A stretch of DNA of 64,000 nt from Lama guanicoe (lineage: Eukaryota). The translations under genes were made by a program, and so were the position numbers. This document shows positions 1-13,512 of the stretch, one piece after another. The stretch covers positions 7,845,095 through 7,909,094 of the forward strand of contig MU054391.1 of the NCBI GenBank assembly GCA_013239625.1, given 5' to 3'. Under the pieces are notes generated by a model, which searched no databases, was not told the DNA's origin, and saw only the letters and a program-made list of their open reading frames with translations. Numbering within the stretch: position 1 is the first letter of the stretch; each line of letters opens with the position of its first letter.

Positions 1-1031
1 GAAGAGCTTCTACAAGGCAGTGAGAATTGTTAATGATCTGCGGTAGAAACAAGATGCTCTTTTGTTGTTGCAAATCAAAAAAGTTTTTTTTTAATTTACT
101 TTAAAGCTGTATCATTACCTATGTGCTAGCTACCAGCTAAGTGGAAAGCTTTAAGCAATATCTTGAGTGACAAGTCTGTGTCATGCCTGTTCTTAATTAT
201 ATTACACTGGTCTAGGGGGAAAGTGATGGGTTTCTGGGTGTTTACCGCAGCATGCAGCCATGGAAAGTCAGAGAGAAATGGTCACGAGTTTTAGAGAACG
301 TTATGCTGAGCTGCTGGCACAAAGACCAGGGTTTTCTCATTGTTCAAACTGAATCTGATGCGTCACAGCAAACAAACACGTTACAAAGTGTCTTCTATAA
401 ACCGTGAATCATGTGTGGTACAAGTGTGCTTTTCTGCTCTATGTGTCTATGAGTCATTTCCATCTTCAGTGAAGATTTATTAATGCTTCAGGGTTAACAC
501 CTTTCAAAAATAACTCAGACGAAAATGCTGAGATCAATTTAACATGGCAATGGATGAGTTGTCATGTGTGGGTCTTTGGATGCTAGGATCTATTTTTCAG
601 TATAAAACACACACGTTCCAAAGGTCCTGGATACTCCCAAGAACGCTGCAGCCAAAATGAAGGCAATGTTAAGGTCAAATATCCAATAGTGATCATGCGT
701 GCAATTCTTAGGACGTGACCTTCTAGACCCAGTTCCAGCAACACGCCCAGTACACGTGGCTGTCATCCTTCTTCTCATTTTAGGTGACACTTCTGTAGAC
801 ACCGTTTCACCGAATTTACAATGTTATCTCAGAGGAGGATAGACCAATGTTACAATTCTTTCTATATTTAAATGCATGGAAAAAAAGAGCCACGTTTTTC
901 CCTTTTCAAGTTTTACATTGCTTCATTTGATCCTGAAAAATCTAATAGGGAAAAGCAGCATTAAAAATTAGATTCCTTCTCTGTCCAAGGCTGTTGAAGT
1001 TGGAAGGAAGAAGAAATCGTGCAAAAACAAA

Positions 1032-1054
1032 TACATACATACATACATACATAC
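1032..1054. repeat. (ATAC)n microsatellite
   Basis: About 5-6 ATAC units. Other simple repeats: (AAAT)n/(ACAT)n at 21172-21220, (CATT)/(ATGC) at 25711-25755, GA-rich tract at 2375-2468. Confidence 0.85.
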
Positions 1055-4000
1055 TAGAAATTGTGCAAACCTAGTCAATTAAAAGGAAAATTTACTGTAA
1101 GGATCACCCTGAATTTCTTGTTTCTGCTTTTCTTCATCTCCTGCTTGGCTCAATTGACTTCCTCCAGGACCCTCCGGGGCAGGCTGCCCCGAACTCCCTG
1201 TGCACGGCTGCAGAGTTATAGGTCTGCCATCACTGTGGAAGTAGTCTCAGGGTCTCAGAAAAACACAGAAAACCTGGATGGCTCAGCCCTTCCTATGAGC
1301 TGGTTTTCCCGGGATAGAGAGTTTATCATCAGCTGTGGAGGGGCGTGTAGGAGGTGTGAGAACAATGTTGGGAAATTAAATAGCTAATTAACCTCTGTTA
1401 ATACTTTAAAAGTACCAGACACTGGGCTGAATATTCACTATGAATTTTCTTATTTTATCTAGTTGACAAACCTATGTATAGATATTATTATTATTGCTAT
1501 TATTTTATAAATGAAGAAATGGATTCACTTGACTTGACACAAGACTACAGGTCAGAAAATTGTAAAGTCATTTTTGTTTCCGGGCATTTAATTTCAAAAC
1601 TGTGCTTTTATTCACTGTGCTGTGTTGTATCACATAATCTCTAAATTTAATACCATCTCAGACTTAAGCAATCATTTTGAGATGTTTATGGAGCTTAACA
1701 TTTGAGCCCAGTATTTATCTGGATCCTTAAATGTCTAAGAATATGATTGAAAAACATCGGGAAGAAAAGGAAGACAAAAGTGGGACACTCACATCACCCA
1801 TTCACACACGCTGATTAAAACAGTGTTGGCACTCTGGTAAGACGCAAGGTAATAAAATAAAGATTACAGAAAATGATCCATTTTACATATGAGTGCTTAG
1901 TATATTTTGAAGCTAATAATTCAAATCATCAGAGAAGAATAAACTACGGAGCAAAGACATTAGCTATCAAGATAGAGTCCTATTTCACAAGGTATGGAAT
2001 TTTAAATTTGAAATTCTGGTTGTATTAACAGTATACATCATTTATTCAATCCATATTTATAAAATATCACTATTACCTAATTCAGTGCAAGCAGTGTTGA
2101 TTCACATCCAAAATGATTCTTATGTCAAGTTTGTCATTTCAATAAAATTGATTCTGCTCAAGTCTAATTTTTTTTCTCATTCAGCAAACATTTCCTGAGC
2201 ACTTCCTCTGGACCATGCACTAGGATTGCGAAGTTGAACAGAGCGGTCTCTGCCCTTAATCACCACCTTTTGCTATTCTGTGTTACCCATAGTACCCAGT
2301 TTAATCCTGGTCTATAAAGAGTTTTGATACTCATTGATGGTCAAGAACTTCACTATACCATACCTTGAACATATAGAAGAAGCAAAAAGAGGGAAAGGAG
2401 ATAAAGGAGATGAAAGAGGAGGAGGAAGATAAGAGGGAAGAAGAAAGAAAAAAGGAAAGAAGAAAGACTATTGTTTAGCCTCTGCTTTTAGGGAAAATAT
2501 AATGTATTTGGACAGATATACAATTTATTTCATTTTAAATATGATGGATGCCAAAAAAAGATATAATGACTGACCACTAAGGATGCACAGAGGAAGGGCA
2601 TGTAGCTGAATGTAGGAATCTCAGGAAGATTTTTCTTAAGGTCACGATGCTGGAGCAGGGCTCTGAAGGCCAGCAGAAGGCCAAAAGTCACCTCATTATC
2701 ACAAACACGGGTATAATTGAAAGGGGATGGTTATAAATGACAAAAGACACCAATTTCATGTTTATTATTCTGGAGCTATTTCAGGAACTCAGAACAAAAA
2801 GAAATATTCTAACAAAAAAAATGTCTCCAGATCCATTGGTCACTTTGTATCACATGGCCTGGCTTAGCTGCAAGGAAGGCTGGGAAAAAAGGCATCTGGC
2901 ATTTCAGTCTCTATAGAGGGAACTGGACTTGACCATCTTTAAGAAGTGTGGGAGAGTGGCTGGTGGCTCTTCACACCACAGTGTCATCACAGGAGCTAAG
3001 TAAGTACCAAAAAGGAGAATTGCTAACACACACCTGTGACGATCCTCTGTGTCCTGAGGTGACACATGTGCACATCAGTTCCTAGATACAAACTGCAAGA
3101 TGTGTTCTTTAATTTTGACTATTTCTTACGTTTCTTTTATGCACAGGGTTGTTCCCATAATAAAAAGTGACTTTCTTTTAAGTGTGACATAGATAGCAAT
3201 GCAAGAAATGTCTGCTCATCATTGATCTCACGCTATACATCAACTCTAAGGACATCAAGGACTCCGCTAGAAAGATGGAGCTGAGAAGTCATCATCTATT
3301 TCTTGTTGGGCTCATGACCAGGAACTTGACACAATCATCTCATTCATTTCTTACACTGACCCTATGAGACAGCATTAAACCACACCTGAGGCTCACTGGG
3401 TCAAGTATTTGTCTCAAGCCAGAGAGCTGAGTGATGGTGGAGCTGGATGTCCATCCATCGCTTGTTGACTCTAAAGAACATCCCCCTGTTAGAACATCTA
3501 CCTGTCAGGAGGTGATTTCACATGTATTTGAATGTGCCAAACATTCCACTTTTGCACGCACTCCTGCTGGGAAAACTCAGCCCTGAAGAAAGCAGAAGAT
3601 GTCTCTTGTAAGGCCTCTCTTGCTTATTCATCTATTATAATATTGGACCAGAGTCCACTTTCAGAGTCCAGGAAATTTACACAGATTGTGCAATGATAAC
3701 CATCGATCATATTCAAAACAGCTATGAAGGCAAAAATACCAAGGGTTAGCCTGAGGTTTGCAGAACCTTTTGTCCAAGAGATTACATAATTTTCTTTGAA
3801 CTTACACATTCATTATTCATTTGACAGGTATTAGCAGAGCATCCACCATACGTTGCACCCTGGACACTTGTAGATGTTTATAAATGTTGATTTGTGATCA
3901 TTCTTTAATTCACCAAATATTTCCGGATTATCTACTATGTGCCAGACATTGTGATAGATTCCGATGGGTTAAAGAAAGAGCAAAACCTGGTCCCTGCCCT

Positions 4001-4116
4001 CAGGAACTCTGCTACTTGAGATTTATTCTCCAATTCTTCAATCACTCCAGAAAAAGAAGTGTTCTGCCCTTTTCCCTAATGTAGAGGCATAATAACATGA
4101 ATAATGTCATCAAATA

Positions 4117-4602
4117 TGTGCCAGCATTTCTGTCTTCGCCCACTTCAGATGCATGCTCTACCCTTCTCTGCGCTGCTCCAATCCCTGTGGCCTAGCCTGA
4201 CCTGGCTGATGGCACCCAGTTGGGTATGGCGATAAGGGCACCCACAAGAAACTGAAGGGTGGTGGGGGAGAAGATACAGTCCAAGCTTTTCCTTTTCTGT
4301 CCTCTCCTTGCATCCTCATTGTTGCTGGGGAGCTGTGTCCCCTGGGGACTATGGCTCCAGGGCCCTGGGTGGGCTTCTCCAGAGTTCCAACTCTTACTGG
4401 CTTCCAGTAACACTGTTTTCCTTTGGTCCATTTGGCCATGGAGTGACAATGGCTTCCTGCCTTTACTGGTCTCCAGATGCCTCACTCTTTCTCATTTATT
4501 CTCCTAACTTGGCACAGACATCTACAAAGAGTCCCCATGTTAGAATCTCTTTATTTGAACCATCCGGGGCAAATTCTGTTTCTTGTGGGGACCCTAGATA
4601 AC
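4117..4602 (+). mobile_element. Ancient ERVL LTR (LTR33-like)
   Basis: AATGGCTTCCTGC motif and terminal TCTGTTTCTTGTGGGGACCCTAGA resemble LTR33-family ends; highly diverged. Confidence 0.5.
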
Positions 4603-7249
4603 CAGTGTATCAAAGCTGACAAAATATTAAAAACCATCTGCTCGCTCCTTCCCATTTTCTGAGGACAGGAGTCGGGTCCGGAGAGCACTGCACTTGCCTG
4701 AGGATGCTCAGCCTGCCGGAAGAACGCGCACCCGCTCCCCTGCCTCCCCAGCCCCTGCTCCCGCGTCACGCACCCCAGACCACCTCCTGGCACGAGTCAT
4801 GTTTCCTCTGTGGGATCTGATCTTCCAAGCTCTGGACAACAGCCCCTTCTGCAAGCATTTAAACCTGCAAGCTAAGGACATGAATGAACTGAGTCATCCC
4901 CACAGAGCTTCGTTAAGTTCAAGGCAATTCAAGATTTCTGAGTCATAGGTTTCAGTCATTTAGACTTTCCCAGCTGGTACTGTACTTGCCCACACACATT
5001 TTTCTCTAAAGATTACATCTGGGTCTAGATGTGTGGCTTTTCCCACTCCTCAACAGTTTCTGAAAGAAACCAACCTCCCAGCACGATCTGTGCTGGACCG
5101 TGCCTTTCGCGTTGGCCGTGTGCATTTGCGTCTTTGCATGAGCGCTTAATGGCATTAGCAGTCTGCAGCTTGCTCCAGACTCCAACCACCAAAGACACAC
5201 ACCCTTCCAGATTCTATATCCAACACAGTATCTCACCCAGCCTCCCCAGGAAACTCAGTTATAACCATATGGTGACTCCGCTCACTGAATAATATTTAGC
5301 AACTTGATGAACAAGGACTGAATCATATCTGAACCATCTTGGCCAAATATTGTTTTATATAGCAACAGTATTAGTAATCTATATGTTTTACTTTTTTTAT
5401 ACTTGTACTTCCTGCTACGCCCACTGGAAATTAAGAGCGAGACCTCACTGAAAGTAGACGGCACAATAAAAGTGCTCTCGCTCATTAGCGAGCTTTGGTT
5501 CAATATTGCATTGTATGTAGGATACATTCAGAATGTCTGCTTTTTCTTTTCCTCCAGAACAGCTGCTGGGGTTGAGCAATAGTCTCCCAGGGTAACACAG
5601 CAGGGAATCCTGGGGCATTTCCCAGACACAGAACACAAAAGATATGTATCCACGGGGAGGGGAGGGTGTGAGGTCTCTGCCTCCCACCAGAGAAGAAGCT
5701 CTATATTCTCAGGATGGGGGGAAGAGTTTTAGCAAGCATCTTTGGGGAAGGAGGGCAGTGGTTAGGTAATCTGAAGAAGGTCACTTGCCTCTCTTCTTAG
5801 GTCAGCAGGGATGATAATGAAGACCTTTTATAAACTGGAATCCAGCAGACAAGGGCTCCTTCAGTCATTTATCATGTGCAGGCACGGTTTATGCCTTGTA
5901 CATGCAGCCACAAGCAGGATGCGATCCATACTTTCAGTGAGCTAACAAATTGAAAATAGGAACATGCGGCGATCATTTCAATAATAGATGGCTTGGCTAG
6001 GATGGAGCTCTGCACAGTGGAGGGGCTCTCCGCTCAAACTGAGAATTCCTGCAAAAGCTGGTGCTCACGATGCATCTTGCCCAGATTCATGGAGCTGAGA
6101 AAGGTATTCCAGAGAGTCGAGAATGTGACCGTCAATTACATATAATGCATCGCACAGAGTGGCAGGAAATAAGGCCACGTGTATAGCGGTTAAGAAATAT
6201 TTGTTATGATTACTACAAGCATCGGTGTTATTTTGAAAATTAAGAAAGGGGTTTCTGAGAGGGTCCTCCTGGCCTGGCTGTACCTCTCCCCACAGCCAGG
6301 AAAAGTACTGAGCCCATCTTTATGGGAAAGTTTGGCTGTAAAGTGCTGATCTCCCTAGAATTAGACAAAGGAGCCCTCTTGACTCCACGTGGATGATCCT
6401 TGACATGTAATTCCCTAAAGAAAGGAGCTCACTCTCTTCCTTCTTGGAGAAATATGTGTTGCTGTCCATGATCTAGTGATGTTGTCTATGGCAGCTGACT
6501 AGCAATGTTTGAAAAATAAATGAGTAAACAGACCCTTTCTTGGAAAACTGACTCTCAGAGATGGAAGGGGATTAAGCATCATTTCATCTAATGTCCTTAT
6601 GTTACAGATGAGGCAGTTGAGTTCTAGCGAGGGAAACTGACCGGATCACAGGCACCTGGTACATCAGTGGCAGAGCAGGAGCTGACCTGAGGTGCCCTGA
6701 GTGATGGTCAAGGCTCTTCCAAGGACTGCATGAATTCTAAAACCTCTAAGTCAAAAGCAATCACTGTATTCTTAATGGAACTGCATTTTCTCAGCATGCA
6801 TGTGTCCCCAGCTCTGTGACGAGCATGGAAGAGAGGAGAGAGAAGATGTAACCCTTTCCTTCAAGGAGCTCCTAATGCATTAAGGAAGTCAAGTTCACCG
6901 CATACAATCATGGCAGATTAATCAGAAGTCATTATACAATCATCGTCAAAGGATTCTGTACACATCAGGAGCGAGGACATGCCGTTAGCCAGGGCATCAG
7001 AAGAAGGAGGGCTTGGGGGTCATTCAACCCGTGTTTATCAAGTATCTTCTTACTGTAGGAATTTTTTCATTCCTCTCGGTGAGACCTCCTAGGGGAACTG
7101 CCTGGCAGACCCAGGAAGACGACTATCTGCTCTGTTCCAGCTTTCTACCACTGAGTCAAAAACTGACCTGATACTGAATGGCGGGAAACAGCCACCATGT
7201 TGTTATACCATGACTTTGTGGGGGAGGAGTTTGGGCAGGTGGAATAATG

Positions 7250-7640
7250 CCATTCACTCAGTGGTGTCCTGTTGGCTGCTGGTCTGGTCTGGAGGGATCG
7301 AGATGGCTTTCATTCTCATGCCTGATGTTTGCCAAGCTTTGCCCAGAAGATTTGGCTCCACTGGGCCCCTCTCCATTTCCGGATCATCTTTTGGGCCTTT
7401 CTGTGTGGTGTCTCTTGGAGGGTAGGTGAATGGCCGTATTGCATCGAAGCTCAGGGCTCCAAAAGACTGAGGAAGAACCTTCCAGTCTTCTCAAAGGCAA
7501 GATCGTGGCAAGAACTGACCATGCATCACTTCCACCGTTCTTTATTGGTCTAAACAGTCCCACGTGAGTTTATATTCAAGAGGAGGGGGCTGGACCCCAC
7601 CTCTTAATGGGAGGAGTGTCAAAAATCTGTGGCCGTCTTA
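7250..7640 (-). mobile_element. Old MLT1 LTR remnant
   Basis: CATCACTTCCACCGTTCTTTATTGGTC…GACCCCACCTCTTAATGGGAGGAGTGTCAAA, typical of older MLT1 subfamilies in reverse. Confidence 0.55.
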
Positions 7641-8689
7641 TATCTGGTACATTTATGCCTCTCCTGTGGTCATTTCATGTGTGTAAGAAAGTCTTGGTGA
7701 TTCATGGCCCAAGTGAAAATGTGATAGGAAAAGAGAAAAAGGAAAAACTCTCCAATGAGGAAACAGGGCAGTGTGTGGGAGGTGCCTGTCATTATACTGT
7801 GAGTTCTTATATGATCCACTATGCCCTGCCTAGAACCTGGTACGGTGCTTGCTGCTTAGAAAGTGGACTATCAACAGAACCAAGCTTTGACAGGCATTTG
7901 TTGCTATATTTCTAGTTACATGAGTGAATGTCTCACACTAAAACCTCCCAGGAAAGGAGCCAGGGGAATCTTATTGCAAAACTAGCAGTTTATTGGGTTG
8001 ACAAAGAGAACATTCAATTAAGTAGATTTTCAGAACACAATGAAATCATTTTAGTTGTGAAATGTGGACATAAAAAGTAATCATTTAGAAACATCCAAGA
8101 GGCATTTGAAGACGGGATGACAAGATGCAGCCCCTTTCACTCAAGCCCAGACGGAGGGCCCTGGGGGGGGGGGTCACAGAAGTGCAGAGGCGTGGGCAGA
8201 TTTGCATCCATCCCAGGTCTCTCTGCCCCACTCCAAAGTCTGGACTCTTTCCACAACACCAGGTGTCTAGAGGAAGGCCACACACAGATTGATTTATCCA
8301 GAAAACAATGATAACCACCAACATGCATCCATCACTGTCCTGGCACTGTGGGTACAGAGGGAAATTCAAACATGGCGCTAGGTCTTCAGGGCCTCCAAGT
8401 CTCCAGATGGGGGCATTCTCTGCCTAGTCTTAGATTCCAGGGAAAGGCTTGGGCATCTCAAGGTACATCAAGATGGGAGAAGGAGATACAGAGATAGTCC
8501 ATTGCTCAGCCATGGAGCCATCATGCCCGAGGGAAGAATTCTTGAAGAAAATCAGAAGTGTATCACTTCTCTTGGTGTAGTCCAGCAGCTTCCAGCTTCT
8601 ACTCCTTCCTGTTAAACATAGTGATTGCACCCCAAGATTCTAATAGGCCACCCCAGAGAATGCAGGGCAGGTACCTTCTGACAAGGCTC

Positions 8690-9058
8690 CTGATTACCAC
8701 TGGTGGTCACGCCCTGTGGAATCCTCTCTTGTGTTTGGGATGGCCTTGGTGGCTCACTTCTAACAAGCAGACTATGGCAAGATGATGTGGGATGTCACAT
8801 CCAAGATTAGCTATAAAATCCTGTGACTTCCGTCTGGCTTGTCCTTTGTCACTGGCTCTTCTTGGGTGTTTGCTCTAAACAAGCAAGTTGTCATGCTGTA
8901 AACTGCCCTTGGGACAGGCTCATGTGACTCAGAACTGAGATTTCTCAGTCTAACAACATTTAACGACTTGAACCCTGCCGATACCTAAATGAGTGGCCTT
9001 GGAAACGGAAGCTGTGTGTGGGGGGAAATCTGTTATGCAGCAACAGATAACTAATACA
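8690..9058 (+). mobile_element. MLT1 (MLT1F-like) LTR remnant
   Basis: GGCTCACTTCTAACAAGCAGACTATGGCAAG…GGGATGTCAC, and terminal TGTTATGCAGCAACAGATAACTAATACA. Confidence 0.7.
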
Positions 9059-9689
9059 AGTATATAAAAGAAGAAGAAAATGCAGCTAGCACAGGGTCTA
9101 GTGCACTTTCTGCTACACCATGTGACTTCTGGCCAATAAGGCTCTTTCATCTGGAGGCCAGGGGAACAGCTCGTCCATGGCATGAAGTCCTGGCATCTTA
9201 CCTCAGCAGTAACACTCCCCTATGGCCTGACAATGACCTTGGCCCCCCTCTCTGCAGCCTCTGCTTCTGCCTCAGGCACACCTTATCCCAGGACTTTCAT
9301 GGTATCTTCTCTTGGACACACTCTTCCGTCTTGACCTGCTAATATTCTGTGGCGATATCAAGGCCAAATGCTTTCCTTGTTTCATGTCCTGGTTGGAAAG
9401 ATTTTTTTTCTTCTCTGGAGCTTCCAAATGTATTTTAGGCATATCTATATCTCCCCTGCTTTTTGCCAAGGATGACTCTAAAGGATGAAGTGGCAAACAA
9501 AATTCCCTGCTTGCTTTTAGTTGGTTTATATTTTATAATTGGAGTTTCTATAGCTGACTTGATGGTAGTATTACTTTATGTAAATCTTTCATGACTCAAG
9601 TGAATCATAAATTCTAAGGACAGAGATATGGTCTTAGTAATCATGGTGACATTTGTAATAACAAAGTCTCACAGCACAGTAACTGTTTA

Positions 9690-10199
9690 TTATAGACTGA
9701 ATTGTGTCTCTCCTCACCCCCAAATTCATTTGTTGAAGGCCTAGCCTTCCATGTGACTGCATTTGGAGATAAAGCCAGTGAGGAGGTAATTACGGTTAAA
9801 TGAGGGCTTAAGAATGAGGCCCTAATCCAATAGGGTTAGTTACCCCTATAAGAAGACAGATGAGCTCATTTTCTGCAGAGAAGACACCAGGGGAAGGAGT
9901 CTGAATTTGATGCTATGGCACTAGGGAGGCAGTGTGGACTCCAGAGCAGAGGAGGAACAGAGATGCCTGGAGGTGGTAAAAAAATCTCCCGGAGTGTGTT
10001 CACTGAGAAGAGGCCACATGAGGACGCAGTGAGAAGGTTGTCACCTGCAAGGCAAGGAGAGAGGTCTCAGAAGAAACCAACCCTACAAACACCTTGATCT
10101 TGGATTTCCAGCCTCTAAAACTGTGAGAACATAAATTCCTATTGTTGAAGCTCGCCAGTCAGGGGTATTTTGTTATGGCTGCCTGAGCTGACTAATACA
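9690..10199 (+). mobile_element. MLT1 (ERVL-MaLR) solo LTR, MLT1B-like
   Basis: Starts GACTGAATTGTGTC…CCCCAAATTCAT; contains ACACCTTGATCTTGGATTTCCAGCCTC; ends GTATTTTGTTATGGC…ACTAATACA. Confidence 0.85.
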
Positions 10200-10457
10200 C
10201 TGTCTTTTAAAAGAACTCAGCCACCACCACTTGCTCTGGGTTTGAATTCTCTCCAGCCTGTACAAGCCAACAACAGTGACTTACCTTTGCTGCACCTTGG
10301 TTTTTCTCCCCTGTAAATGGGATTAAGCCTGTGTATCATTCACTGCCACCACGAAGAAAATGCTAAGTGCTTGTCATAATCTAAATGCAGAAAAGAAATA
10401 CTGCTAATTTCCTTCTTTCTTTTCTCCCCTCCTCTGGGAAAAGACAGGATCGGTTAT

Positions 10458-10688
10458 GGGGCCTGACCAGCTATCTGGAGCCTGAGGCAAAAGGAACATA
10501 ATCAGAAATACTGAGTTACTCTTTATTTAAAATCTGTATGTAGTTTCCATTATGGGTTTTTTGTCTGATTTTGTTTTTTTACGTATTGCATTAAAATATT
10601 ATTTCCCTTGACTTCTGAGGGTTTGGTTCCCCTTTAAACTTTGTGCCTAAGGTAAGCACTTTATGTCCCTTCCCCAGTTTGGGCCCTG
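10458..10688 (-). mobile_element. MER96B-like hAT element
   Basis: GGAGCCTGAGGCAAAAGGAA…TATTGCATTAAAATATTATTT…GGGCCCTG matches the recalled consensus in reverse. Confidence 0.65.
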
Positions 10689-10715
10689 GCTACGTAACGC
10701 ATCAAGAAAGCCTCT

Positions 10716-10940
10716 TTGGGATCTGCAGATACACACCGCTGTATGTAAAACAGATAAGCAACAAGGTCCTCCTGTACAGTGCAGGGAACTATATTCAATA
10801 TCTCATAATAGCCTGTAATGAAAAGGAATATATATATATGTATGTATAACTGAATCACTATGCTTTACACCAGAAATTAACATGACATTGTAAACTGACT
10901 ATACTTCAATCAAAAAACAAAAGTAAAGGGAAAAGGGGAA
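10716..10940 (+). mobile_element. 5'-truncated artiodactyl-type L1 3' end
   Basis: CAACAAGGTCCTCCTGTACAGTGCAGGGAACTATATTCAATATC…ATAACTGAATCACTATGCTTTACACCAGAAATTAAC…CTATACTTCAAT plus an A-rich tail; flanking AAAGCCTC repeats at 10707-10714 and 10941-10948. Confidence 0.8.
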
Positions 10941-11377
10941 AAAGCCTCCTCTGGCTTAAGCAGAAAGCCTGAAGTATCTTCTTGAATATGCCTGTCTCTG
11001 AAATGGCCCCGTACCTGGAGGCTGTGTCTAGAACACTGTGGTCTACAATGAGGGCTGATTCTCTCTCACCATCTGGGGACTTAGGGCTTCTTATAAGCAT
11101 CAGGCTAAATTATTTTTTTTCCCCTGAGATGACCTAGGAAGGGCCCTGGTCGGAGGGGAGATGATGAGCTAAGGAAAGAGTTTTCAAAATGTGCTCTTGG
11201 GCCAGCTTTCCCTGTGTTTCCTCGAGAAAGTTTAGTGAACTCTGAGAAGAGGGAAGTGGGAGAGACCCTTGGTCTGCCCTGGTGAAACTCTGGCTCCTGA
11301 TGGATCTCAAATTCCTGGCGGGGCATCCCAGCAGTGTCTGTCTCATACTAAGAGTAGCGGAGGTGGTGCTGGTGATT

Positions 11378-11702
11378 CAGGCGTCCTCCGTATCCACAAT
11401 GGGGAGGCTCCAGGAACCCCCCTGCTCCCTGTCAGATGCCAAAGTCCACAGATGCTCAAGCCCCTTATGTAAACATTTTCCATTCGCATATAACCTATGT
11501 ACATCCTCCCGTATGCTTTGAATCATCTGCAGATTACTCATAATACCTAACACAATGTAAATGCTGTGGAAATAATTGCTGATGCAGGCAAATTCAAGTT
11601 TTGCTTCTTGGAACTTTCAGGAATTTTTTTCTCTCAAATACTTTTGATCCGTGGTTGGTTGACTCCATGGATGTGGAACCCTCGGATGTGGAGTGCTGAC
11701 CG
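11378..11702 (+). mobile_element. MER2-family DNA transposon (TcMar-Tigger)
   Basis: Contains CAGATGCTCAAGCCCCTTAT, CATATAACCTATGTACATCCTCCCGTAT, ATAATACCTAACACAATGTAAATGCT and GTGGTTGGTTGACTCCATGGATGTGGAACC, with degenerate inverted ends. Confidence 0.75.
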
Positions 11703-13437
11703 CACTGCGGTCAGGGCTAACCCTCACTGTGCCTACACGTCCACAGTCCTCACGACAACTCTATAAGGTCTGTGCTATGACGGTGCCATTTTAAAGAACC
11801 AGAAGCTAAGGTTTCAGGATATTCTGTAATTGACCTAAGGTCACAGAGCCACGGAACCCCGAGGTAAGTGCTCAATAGACATTTTCTCAACCTCTTGGGT
11901 GATGGCTAGTTGACTTTTGTATTTAACTGTTCTCTAGGTGCGGTTCCTGAGGCTGTCAGGGGTCAAGCTCTGTGGTCACTGAGCAACTGTGTGGTTTGGA
12001 AAGCGGCTTACTTCCCTGTAGCAAAATACTCTAAAAGTCGTATTTGTTAGCAAGCTCTCTTATTATGCAGATGAAGAGAAGGAAGCCCGGGGCTTGATGC
12101 ATACCTCATATTTAGAACAAAGGACTTCATTTCTTCAACCTCCCTTCAGTTTACACATCCAAGATCTTACACCACCGCTCAGGTCCACATGGACAGCAGG
12201 ACACATTTTCTAAAGCATTGGGTTAATTGCTAGGAGCTAGCCATCTGGCGGAAAGCAAGCCAGTGAGTCGCCATGCTGCATGCGCTCTGCTCTAAGCCCA
12301 CCGGGGGATCCAGGGCTCATGAGGCAGAAACTACTATTCTATAGATGTTGCCTTTTTGTTTGGAGATGCTTTCCTGATTTGCAACTGTCAGATGAAACCA
12401 TCAAATGAAATGCTATGCAGGAAGCCCCAATGTAGGACCCCCAAACTGTTTTAAATTTAAAACGATCTGCGGACACAGAAGGAAATGGAGAGAAGACAGA
12501 GAATGATGAGGAAAGGGGACCAAGGGAGCAAGGACGTGGCGGCGGTGGGGCCGTGTGGGAAGGACACAATGTCACACAGCGAACACAGGCTTTGCTATCA
12601 GAAGTACTGGCTTTGCGCTGAGTAGTGATTTCCCTTCCTTGAGCCTCAGTTTCTTCCACTGAGGCTAGTCATGGAACCTCCTTTATGGCGCTATTGTGAG
12701 GATTAAATGGGACACATACATGAGAATGCTTTGCAAATTGGCAAACCTACTGCACATACGAATTCTTAATAGACCTTAATCTGAGCAGTCAGGGGCATCT
12801 GAGGCCACGTTGCTAATTGGCCAAGTCGGGGCCCAAATGGGACGAAAACTCAATGCGTCGTTGTTCAGACACTGGTTTACTGCTGACAAGCTTGTTTTTC
12901 TCAAACTGAAGGTTAGCTTTTAAAAGCTGAAGAGGGACGTAAATGATCATTCGATCCAGCCAATTCCCTTTGTAAGGAAGGTACTGGTACCTCCACTCCA
13001 TGAAAGGCAAGGGATCGAAGTGCCATGGGGGGCCCGAAATGGGGCCAATGGGGGGCCTAAAGCTCATGAGACAGAGCGGTGGGACCCCTTCCACGAGGTC
13101 TATGTGCCACTTATGGAAATACATACAAGATTTTCCAGAACACCCTTCAGACTGAACCCATTTTTACAGGAACCTAGCACTCTAAGTAACCTGTAAGTTT
13201 GTAGCACGTCCTAGACTAGCTGGATCATTTCACCCATTTTCATTTCTGTTCGTTAGCTGCTCAGGAATACCCAACAGCATGGTAGACACTTGGCCGTTCC
13301 CAGAAAATTCCCATATGTTAGGTTTCCCACTCTCCTCTAAGAGCAAGAACAATGAAAATTCTCCTGTATTCATTTCACTTGTAAGCACTCAACAACTCTT
13401 TTCCTGTATGGGAGGAAGAGAGACAACACCAGGGCCT

Positions 13438-13512
13438 GGGGGCGGGGGGGGGGGGGNNNNNNNNNNNNNNNNNNNNNNNNNNNNNNNNNNGGGGGGGGGG
13501 GGGGGGGGGGGA
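13438..13512. repeat. Poly-G tract containing a 34-N assembly gap (13457-13490)
   Basis: G runs on both sides of the N block. Confidence 0.95.
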
